A stretch of 64,000 nucleotides of DNA from Ancylonema sp. Taxonomy: Eukaryota. Location: assembly GCA_050230475.1 (NCBI GenBank), contig JBFLGF010000208.1, positions 1 to 64,000 on the forward strand, given 5' to 3'. The notes beneath the pieces are model-generated. The model saw only the letters and a list, made by a program, of their open reading frames with translations. It made no database searches and had not been told where the DNA came from. The position numbers and the translations under genes are program-made. The first letter of the stretch is position 1. Each line of letters starts with the position of its first letter. Shown here piece by piece: positions 51,591 through 61,558 of the stretch.

Positions 51591-53818
51591 TCAAAGTGAC
51601 TTGAGTGCCTTGAGTGGAGGACCCGACACCGGCAGACGTGCCTCAATGTGTGCTTGCGCCTCCAGGTCCACCACAGGGGTTTGCTGCACGTTTGTGAGCT
51701 CCATGCTGCGCAGAGCGTTGGCGGTTGTCCCTTCCAGCTGCTTTGTGCCTACGGCCATCAGCCCATTCAGCCACTTCCCAAAACTATTCAAATCGCCCCC
51801 GAGCAACTCTGCCAGCCAGTCTGTCCACGTGTGCGACTTCTGTCGCGGCGAGTGATTCTTCAGCCTGGCCGCCATGTGCTGCGTGATGAGCTGCGTGTCG
51901 TTCTGAGCCACCAGATCCACGGGAGGTTCCTTCATATTGTTCCCTTGAAGACTGAGCTTCTGTAGCTGCGTCAGTCGGCCGAATTCCAGAGGCAGCTCCT
52001 GGATCTGATTGTTACTCAGGTCCAGGTCTAGGAGGGATGCGAGGTCAGCGAGGGACGCAGGCACTTCAGTGAGATCAGAGAAGTTGTTGCTCAGGTTTAA
52101 GGTTTTGAGGTTCGATAGACGACCCAGAGTGGCTGGCACTTGTCTGATCATGTTGAAATGCGCATCCAAAGTCTGTAAGTTCGCGAGGTTCCCGAGTGAC
52201 TTGGGCAGCCTGCCGAGCTTGTTCAACCCAACGTCTAGTACTCGGAGATAAGGCATGCTGTTCCCCACCCCCTCAGGGATAATCTCCAACTTGTTGAAGC
52301 GCACCTTCAGCTCCTCCATGGCTCTGAAAAAATGCGCATCAGAGACAGAAAGGGAGGGAGAATGAGGCGAGATTCCAGCACCTGAGCACGGAGGCTAAAT
52401 ATTCGTGTTCTATCCGTTTCTGGCGATATCGAGAGCCTCGAAACTGTAGCAAGACAGAGAAGGACGACAGAAAACGTACCGATTCCTCATCACTGCTTCT
52501 GTGCACAGACGCATGACTTTGATATAGTGAATGGATCGTGACCCCTTTTCCACACTTACCCGCAGAAGCAGATGCTTTCTGGAAGCCTCTTCAGCTGGTT
52601 CTTGGAGCCGTCGAACCTCTTCAGGTTGTGTAAGGCTCCGATGGAGTCCGGTAGCTCCTTCAGCTTGTTCCCACTCACGTTGAGGTCCTCGAGGCCTACC
52701 AATCCAGCAATGGCATCCGGGAGAGTCTGCACAAACCGAAGTCCGAAAATTACGCATTGCTGAAGGCATCACACTTTGGTTCCTCTTGCGAAATAGCCAG
52801 CTGAATATTGCACACATCATAAAAGTGTGTGTCAGACGATGCATGCATTAGGCAAGTTTAGGAAAGATATCCACAAATTCTTGTATTTTGGCTTGAAGCT
52901 TGAAACTTGCAGCTTTGTGAAGCAGCGATTGTTAGTTGTTTTTGTCACTGACCTCAAGCAAGTTGTTGGACAGGTCGAGTTTCTTGAGGGACACCACTTT
53001 CCCGATCAGGTCAGGTAGAAACTCGATGTTCCTGTTCTGCAGGTCTAGCTCCTGCACTCCTGTCTCGATGGCAGCCAGTATGTCGTCATGGAGCCTTCTT
53101 TCGGCCACCTCTTTACTGATGCGCTTCAACTCCCCGTTCTGATCAGGTGCCACACGCCCGAGTTCAGCCTGCCGGATGACTTCCTCATAATGATGATGCT
53201 TTTTAATAGCATCGAGGATTTCGAGATGAGGTAGTTTCTCCGCCTCCGCGTCTACAACTATGGCGCTGCTCCTTGTTGCCTGCAGGTAACAAGTGTGGGC
53301 ACCGGGGGCATAGCAAGGCAAATGTTATTAACTATACTGCTGGGCGAGAGAGAATATTTCGACGGCCATCTTTGCTTCTTGTGTACCTGTTCGTACATGC
53401 GAGCGACCGTGGAGACATTCAGTGCAAGCAAATTTGACTGCAGCGAAATGGGAGGTTACCTTGTTCTCGGCGCTTTGCTTACCATAGCCAGAAATCAGTC
53501 GTGCGTAATGAATAATTGTACAGTTCAAAGACAGACAAAATTTGTGCCAAAGCAGAGAATGTATGGGTTGTTGATTTCAGTCCATTCGCAGATATTGTTT
53601 CAGTAGTTTCGTACCTGCAGAAGTTTAAAGTTCTCTGAGTCTCCTTCTCCCGAGGCCCCTGATACCGTTTGCATTTTCAGATTTTCTAAACTTTCAACTA
53701 ATTTTCTGTCTATAAAAGCAATTCGTTGGTGAGCCTCTGCTACGACTCCGACAGTAGGCCTCTCAGGGAGATCCTCCAATTTAGTTCGGGCATCACGCAT
53801 CATGTCTGAGATGTCCAT
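51591..53818 (-). CDS. PIRL: Plant intracellular Ras-group-related LRR protein (PIRL-type), 4 coding exons
   Basis: N-terminus LPERPTVGVVAEAHQRIAFID. LRRs include LDLQNRNIEFLPDLIGKVVSLKKLDLSNNLLE|TLPDAIAGL, LDAHFNMIRQVP and LNLSNNFSDLTEVP, with cap LQGNNMKEPPVDLV. An acceptor directly precedes the ATG, so an upstream exon is likely. Confidence 0.88.
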
Positions 53819-54416
53819 TCTGTAAGAGTAAGGTTCCGTTAGCAAAGTGAACGCTGCTGGCAAGATGGTAGAAATGTGTAGACACGCGGAACAGTGTCTC
53901 TGTTTACCCCTCTGAATCCGTGTCGGTCTGGACGAACTAGTCGAGGCCACGACGATGTGCAGCGGTTTTTATCAACTGGTTGCCTGAACAAACTCCACGA
54001 GATTCCGTACAGGAAATTGCGGCCCAAAGACGGTACGGTGACCTGCTGTTATTGTAATAAAACGTAAGAGCATTCCTTATTCCATATGCGGGGCCGAAGC
54101 TGACGCCGAAGCTGCAGGTTAACCTGTACTTTTCAATGTCAGCTCGGGCCCCAGATTCGGCGTTTCTCGGCGAAAGTCGAGCCGTGTTTTGATCGTCAGG
54201 AGCAAATGCGGCATTCCTTATTCCTTATGCGGGGCCGAAGCTAACGCCGAATGGATTTGTCGGTCCAAATTTTCTGCGCGCGAATATCTGTGACTGACCT
54301 ACGAGGTGTTTTGGCCCACTGGTTACAGTATGCACGCCGCATTTGTGGCCTCAACAGGTAGCTGATCCGCATGGCGATCGTGAAGAAAGTTAATTCGAGC
54401 ACTGCATTGCTCTCTC

Positions 54417-55732
54417 ATGACCTCTCGAGAGATCAACAGAGAAGATTATAAATGGGCCACGCCAAAATTGTTTGCGGATGCGGATGATGTGGAGCCTTAC
54501 ACATCCCTCGTCTTAAAACAGCAGAGATTAGCTGCTAGACTCTTAGTTATACAACAGGAATTAAGAACAGGTGGTCGTAGAAGGGGGCGTCAAACAGATC
54601 ACGCTAAATTCCACAGTAATCTTTTGGGGCAATATTTTGGTAAGCCAGCAGAAATTGATAGTGATGGAGTGGTTCAGAAGAGACGCACTACCGCGGAGTT
54701 CCAGCTCAAAGAATTCCACAATCGATTTCGTATGAGTCCAAACCTATTTCAGACATTATATGATGACATACAAGATCCAGAATCTGGCAGTAGTGACTTC
54801 CAGGAAACTACGGACGCTGTTGGTCGAAGAGGACCCTCCGCTTTGCAGAAAATGGTTTCTGTCCTGCGCCTGATCTGTTACGGGTGTGCCTACAATAGCG
54901 TGGCCGAATATACAGGGGTGAAGGCCGAGTGTGCGAGGGATGCTCTATATGGCTTTTGCAAATTTATCTGCCAGTGGTATGGGCCAAAGTTCCTGGGCAG
55001 GTGGGGGGAAGAAGAACTTCTGAAAGAAATGGAGGTGAACGAGAAAAAGGGTTTCCCTGGTATGATGGGTAGTATAGACTGTACACACTGGCGGTGGAAG
55101 AATTGTCCAATCGCATGGCAGGGTATGTGTTAGGACTACACCAAGACAGGCATCACAATAGGAGTATAGTAGCTGAAGCTATTGCTGGGCATGACATGTA
55201 TTTCTTTCAAGCCTTTGTGGGTCTGCCCGGTTCACTGAATGATATCAACATTATGAATCAGACAACAATGCAGAGGAATTACATGAATTCCATTGCCATA
55301 GATCATAAGTACAAGATAGCAGGAAGGTAGTATACAGGTGCGTACTTTTTAGCAGATGGGATTTATCTAGACTTTCCTTACCTTGTGAAAAGCAGTCCAG
55401 AGCCTCTTACCGTGCGAGAAAAAAACTTTGCGAAGGTGCAGGAGTCTTGTAGGAACGATGTAGAGAGAGCCTTTGGCCGCTTACTCGCGAAGTGGCATAT
55501 TTTAGCAACAGGTGGTGGGAGTCACAAACTAAAGTATTTAAAGAGTATTTGGATGATGACTTGCTTCATTCTTCACAATATGACACTCAGGGTTCAGCAA
55601 ACAACTAAGTATGACAAGGAGCAAAGTATAATAGCAGCTGCAGCTGCAGTGGTACAGGGTCCTGCAGCTCCAGCCCCTATTGTTGAAGAACCAATTTTTT
55701 CACCCCTCAGGGATCCTGAGTTCATGGGCAAG
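54417..55732 (+). pseudogene. PIF/Harbinger DDE transposase (plant transposon protein/HARBI1-like), disrupted
   Basis: Motifs FHNRFRMSPNLF, DAVGRRG, GFPGMMGSIDCTHWRWKNCP, GLPGSLNDINI, YFLADGIY, RNDVERAFGRL and CFILHNM. There is a frameshift near 55129-55139 and an in-frame TAG at 55328-55330. Confidence 0.92.
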
Positions 55733-55992
55733 GCCTCCGTACATCGTGACTGTAGCGTTTGCTGCGAGCACGTGCCATCAAAACATGCTGCATGTGAGGA
55801 CGGGCCCCAGTTTGGGGCCCGAACTGACATGCAACTTGGGCCCCAACATTTGGCGAAACTCGGGGCCGAAGCTAACATTTTCGGCGCAACATCTTAAATG
55901 TCGATCATCATGACGATCACATAGTTTACACATATGTTTTGATGGCACGTGCCAGAAGCGCAGCAAACGCTACAGTCACGATGTACGGAGGC
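55733..55992. mobile_element. 260-bp fold-back (MITE-like) segment with about 55-bp inverted arms
   Basis: 55733-55766 is the exact reverse complement of 55959-55992, and 55768-55786 of 55934-55952. No target-site duplication is visible. Confidence 0.75.
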
Positions 55993-57303
55993 TCGGAGCC
56001 ATGGAATTATTTTCACAACCTCGCGCTGTGCATGGCCTGGTACAAAGTGAGTGCCAGTCCCCTAGGAAACGGAACAAGTCAGGAGAGATTATCCTTTTAC
56101 GAACACGCACTGACTGCCTTTATTATAATCTACAAAAAACTTGGGGGAATTGAAATACCCCGCACACAAAAAGCTCAGAAACCATACAGACCACAGACCG
56201 CAAAGGGCTGCAAGAGCAAGTGGGGAGCAATTCACACTGAGATAAATTATTTCCTAGCGTGCGACATTAGGGCCAACTACACGGTTATGAGGTCTGGGAC
56301 ATCGCTGGAAGATTACAGAAAGGACGGGAGGAGATTTTTCGTAGATAAGTACAGTAAGACTTTTCTTTTCGAAGGCCCATACGACTACCTCAAGGGCAAG
56401 AAGAAGTGGCTCATAGACACAACTCAGCACTTGCGCAATCCACAGTCGGCAGGAGTGGTCACAGGGTCAGGGGCGAGATCGAAGGGGGGGTCAGCAAAAA
56501 AACCACGGTTCAGGGAAGAGGATAGTGTGACAGAGGATAGTGGGGAGAAGGTCCCCGGGCAGAAAAAGGCTCGCAGGCTACAGGAAGAACAGACTGACTT
56601 AGAAGCAGATAACACAGTCACACTCGCAACCATTGCTGCAGAGGTGGCCAAGATTACTGAGAAGGCTAGGTTGCACCAGGTGTCAACAGATACAGAGAGG
56701 TCTAGGGTTGCAGCAGACTTACTGAGGGTGGAGGCAGATGTACTGAAGGAGGATAACCGCATCATGGGAATGAACCTCACCGGTATGTCTGATGATGAGC
56801 AAGAGTACTTCAAGTTGCAGAAGCTTGATGCCATGGAAAGACAGACTGCACGGAGGGCATAGAGGGTGGTACAACTTGAGGAAGCTAGGATTGTTGCAGC
56901 CCAAGCTGTCATTGCTGCTAGGGTGGCGGCTGAAAGGGTTGCAGCCGAAGCTGTCCTTGCTGCTGCTGTGGCGGCAGAAAGGGCTGCTGCCACCGTGCAA
57001 GCATCGCCGATGTCTGTAGCTTCTTCTGACGCCTTAGACGCAGCTGATAGGGCTAGGGCTAGAAGAATGGCAGATGTGGCAGCAAGAGTGAGCAGCGGCA
57101 CAGATCAGGGGACACATGTGCTGGTAGATGTGTCATCTGGTGATGACAAAGAAGATGAGCCTGTTGGTTCCCTGGCCGAACTAACGGAGTTTGCAGACGC
57201 TCTTAATGTTATGGCAGCAGCTCTGGGAGAGGATGAGGAAGAGGAGTACGATATAGGATTGCCTGATACGTACAGTAACCCACCCACTACAGAGGTCTTG
57301 TAA
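55993..57303 (+). pseudogene. Harbinger ORF2: Myb/SANT-like and NAM-associated-type protein with an Ala/Glu/Arg-rich and acidic C-terminal extension
   Basis: Motifs WNYFHNLALCMAWYKVS...GTSQ, CKSKWGAI, RSGTSLED, FLFEGPYDYLKGKKKW, PGQKKAR and IMGMNLTGMSDDEQEYF. After an in-frame TAG at 56860-56862 the same frame stays open to 57303. Confidence 0.8.
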
Positions 57304-57488
57304 TTATGACAGCTGAAGTAGCTTTATACTGGCATGATGAAATGGACTGTGTAATGAAGAATGATGTGTGAATGCAAGGTGCAATATGATGACGAAAGAG
57401 GGAAATAATTGACTATGACGTTATTTTTTGTTTATTTTTGCAGATATAAATCTTAACAACTTCCCAAAACAACCAAAAGAACTTTAAA

Positions 57489-58572
57489 ATGCAGAACAAG
57501 GAGCTCCTGCTGTACCAACTTGTGGAGCACCACAAGGTGTGGAGGTCTCTGCAAGAACGCATTCGGGCGTGTGAGTTTGCTCTGGAGACACGGGTGAAGG
57601 ACGAGGCGGCACTGGAAGCGCTCTCTACTCTTTACGCATACCCGGTATTCGACATGGCTGAGATGAGGGACCGCCTCATCGTCATCGTCAGAGAGGCGAG
57701 AAGACGTGTGCGCCCATGCTGGACCCCAGATGGGGAAATTGAGGAGCTTTACCGCGAATTTGGGGCCGTGGGAGTTGCCCTGCAAGGAGGGGAGGCAGTT
57801 GTTGGAGGGGGGGGGAAGTGGGGGAGGAGGGGCTGTTGTTGGAGGGTAGGGAGGTGTGATGGGAGGGGAAATTGTTGGAGGGGAGGGTGGTGTGGGAGTG
57901 GGTGGGTACCTCTTCACAGGTGTCGGGACATCGGACTCTTTGGAGGAAGCGGAGGGCGGCGTTGATGGCAGGGGAGGCCAACGTGGCGTAGGAGAGAGGA
58001 GAGAAGGGAGGGGGGGTGGCACTAATGAAGGAAGGGGAGGAAGTGGGAGTGGAAGAGGAGGGTACTGTAGGATGCCAAGGGGGACGGATTCCTACCGTAT
58101 TAGCCTCGCCGGTCCACAGCCCCGGGGATATGGGGTACATCGTATACTTGCAGGTGTACGTACAGGTGGTATGGCGGCAGGGGATGTGGGGGTGAGTGAA
58201 GGGAAGGGAGGAGGAGGGAGTGGAAGAGGGGGGTACTGTAGGATGCCAGGGGGGACGGATTCCTATCGTATCAGCCTAGCTGGTCCACTACCGCGTGGAT
58301 ACAGAGGTGTACCTGTAGGTGGGGGTTCTGGTGCGGCGTCAGGTGGTGTGGTTGCAGGAGGTGTGGCTGCAGGAGGTGTGACAGGGGTGGGTGAGGGAAG
58401 TGGGGGGCCGGTGCCAGGAGAGAGGGAGGCCAATGAGGCAGAGGCAAGGGACGAGGCTGAGTTTTCACGGTTGGTAAGGGATGAACTCAGAGAAGCAAGG
58501 GCGGCAGAGCTGGATGGGCGACCTATGCCTAGGCGTGTGAAACGGTGCGCACGGAAGAGCACAGGGCGTTGA
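57489..58572 (+). pseudogene. Putative ORF3 (about 360 aa restored): helical N-domain, Gly-rich linker with a duplicated 29-aa motif, charged helix and histone-H3-like C-terminal tail
   Basis: ORFs 57489 and 57856 join if one G is removed from the G9 run at 57807-57815 and the TAG at 57847-57849 is read as GAG. The internal repeat differs mostly at synonymous sites. Confidence 0.65.
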
Positions 58573-61558
58573 GTGACTGGGGTAAGTGTGAACAGAGAGT
58601 ATTTAATTTAATCAAATTTCTATGCGTCATGACTACATCTGATTTGTGTTGTGTATGGTGGTGGGGCAGATCAGAGAGGAGTATAAGCGGTATGGAGATT
58701 GGAGAGTTGTGTTTGGGATGGTGTTGCGTGCATTAGATTAATTGCATAGAGACTTGGATTTCATGTGTACGCGAGACGATTTGCATCATTTTCGATGATT
58801 TTTTATTACATCTGCATAATTACACATGTGTGTGATGATTGTATAATGCAACTTGAGATGTACGCAAACACAGATACAACTGCTATTATACACCTGTGCA
58901 TGATGAATGCAACATGCATCTTGAGATGTATGCAATAACTGAAACAACTACATATATACACATGTGCATATCTGAAATAGAGCATATTCTAAACACACAG
59001 CAGCATTGCTGGCTTCCGCCATTGATCGCACGTGATACATAAAGGACAGGAGGTATCTATCACTTATTTGTCTCTATCGGAATATATTCGCAGGACATCG
59101 CACCTTCTTACGTGTGTGTCTATGTTACAGTGTATCTTGAGTGCAGCAAGTGATGTGTTCCTTTGTCTGCTCAGTCACGTGCTGCCTGTACGCCTAGTGT
59201 CAGAGTCTGGCGAATATGGTGCCGTAAATGGCGGCGCGATCATCCCCCTTGGCTAACTAAGGCCTTCGGTCGTTAATTGAAACTTAAGGACCCGTAATAC
59301 GTCCTGACAAGACATGTGTTTAAAAGTCTAACTTCGTTCACTACCCACTCATGTGCCAAACATGGCTAAATGACCGCAAATGCCGTAATGCTTTAATTCT
59401 ATCGCACATTTCTTTCGATGTTATAGGCGCATTTCACCGTATAAGCACCTTTCACTATATAAGCATAATAAACCGAATTAAGCGCATTTCACTTAATCAG
59501 GCATATTCTCTTCGTATAAGCCACGACTCTCACCGTATAAGCCCACGAGTGTTTCTTGTCCGACAGCGCCTTTCTTGCATTCAGTGTGCATTGTTGTCGC
59601 GTTGTATGCACCCTGGCTGGTACATGCATGAGATCTTTGATTTCGAATCGTACGAAATCGGATAATTTGGCGATCGATGGAGCTTACGGCAAAATTCGGA
59701 GTATCTGCACACATTAGAGTTTCGAACACTCACGTTCAGAAACTCAAGCAATACCTTGCGTTGGGTTAATCTTCCCTCTGAAACGATAAAGTTCACGCTT
59801 TGAGCCCAAAACAGCAAAGTTCAGAAAATCAGCCGAAAATCAGGAAAAAAACAGATTTTTAGTAAATTGTCAAGTGAGTCGCTAGCGGTGACAGTTTGTC
59901 AGCTGCAGTAGATAGACTTCCAAGAACCCGATCCGCCCTGAAACCAAACTTCCTGTATCATCCACTACTAGCTACTTTCCATCCTGCTCTCAATTGCTTG
60001 GGGACATGTTTATTTAGGGTTTTCCTTGGATTCATGGCCAATTTCCCCTAAATTTTTGCAGCCGAAATTTTGCCAACAGACATGGCAGGTCTATACGTTG
60101 GTGGAGCTTAACAACGTACTTTCGAGAAAGAATGTCCAAAGGGACACCCACCGGCATCTTTTGATGGGCGTCACTCAATTCGAGTATCTCTGCGAACTGG
60201 GTACGCAATTGAAGCAACGCTCGGTCTTAGATAGCCACCCAGGCAAATGGAATTTCGATAATATGGAGAATCCCAACTATGAGGAGACGGTCAGACGGGA
60301 AACTGATTGGGACGTGTGGCGAACATGGTACAAGAGCCTTTGTCGTGCCATCTATCATCCTCTACTCCCACACGTGCAATGCCACCGCACTAACGAACAT
60401 ATCGACACTTGTCTCCCCACACGTGTGGCCACACCTAACAACGAACGTCACCTCACACGTGCGAATCCGAGCGTGTGGATTAATTCTCTCTTCACATGCC
60501 GGGTGTCTAACGAATACTTCTCTCTCCATCATCTACACCATCGAGTGTAAGCGCACAACCCGTACACTTCCACTCCACCATGTAGTTCGCCTTTAAGTCA
60601 CAACAAGGATCCGATACGTAGAGCGATACGACCCGGTATGGTGCAGAATGCATAGGTGTAAAGAACGTCACTCGGTCGCAACTGGCGACCGAATGAGGTC
60701 AAATGATACGGATAGGCAGTGCGGACTCAGATGGCTGGCGATATCCTAAAAGCGGTTTGGTACAATTGACTAGATATGTCTGCAGGCTACCCGACAAGCG
60801 CCTATTTTTGAATGCCAATAGTCTAGTATGGCACAACCTATCGATGCTTCAAATGTGCTTGTACAAGTGGTCATGTCATACCGACAAATAATGGCTCGTG
60901 TTCTATTACTAAATGTGCCCAATTCGTATCAAGCGAACAAACACATCCCCCCTCGCACAAGACACTCTTTACACGCAAGGTGGTGCGCGCACGTGTCAGC
61001 TTATTTGGCCTGACAATGTGCAATCGTGTGAATATGCCTGAATTGTAACATTTATCAATACATTTATATTATTGGAAACGATAGCATCCCTATTCCACAT
61101 CAATATGTAGGTGCTTGTTGCTATAAAAACCTCCGAGCAAAGCCATGGGAAAATGCCCAAAGATGGCTTGTCGAATGTCACGATCGAATACGGTGGGCAA
61201 TTCTAGCAATGATATGCTACTCCATAGCTAGAGCAAATGAAATCCTCAAAGGAAGGGGTGGGCAATGACAATGAATGTTGTAAATGTCACTTCCACTATC
61301 GTCCATGATTCATTTCCTACCTAAGCTAGAAGGTAAGGCTAATGATTGATCAATCTTCTCACCTCTTCCACCCATACCTATCTGGAAGTTGATTTAGTTC
61401 TTGCCATTAAGAGAATACCTCGCCCCTCCCGTGGGTCATTTCAAGTACTTAGCCTAATGATTGGCATAACTGCTGGTTATCAAATTATTGTGTCACTTCA
61501 ATGATGTTTTGTTGGATTTATCAGATTTCTTTCAGACCATTTTTTGGAATTTTCCTAC

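Larger units (their letters stand above)
54068..58572 (+). mobile_element. Degenerate PIF/Harbinger DNA transposon (transposase, Myb/SANT ORF2 and a putative ORF3); right boundary not found
   Basis: TAA|GAGCATTCC... is a candidate left end (Harbinger elements make TAA/TTA target-site duplications). It is followed by co-oriented, apparently intronless DDE transposase and Myb/SANT-NAM-associated ORFs. Including ORF3 in the element is an inference. Confidence 0.8.

Noticed and set aside
55733..55990. Fold-back segment as a GC-AG intron (AAG|GC...AG|GC)
   Set aside because: Splicing out 258 nt puts ORF2 out of frame, and the segment lacks a donor consensus and polypyrimidine tract.
56833..56862. 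ORF2 peptide RQTARRA as a second H3-like motif (QTAR)
   Set aside because: Only four residues match and the K9-equivalent lysine is absent; this is compatible with chance.
58525..58700. A true histone H3 gene or pseudogene at ARKSTG
   Set aside because: A stop follows immediately, and no KAPRKQL or histone-fold sequence is evident downstream.
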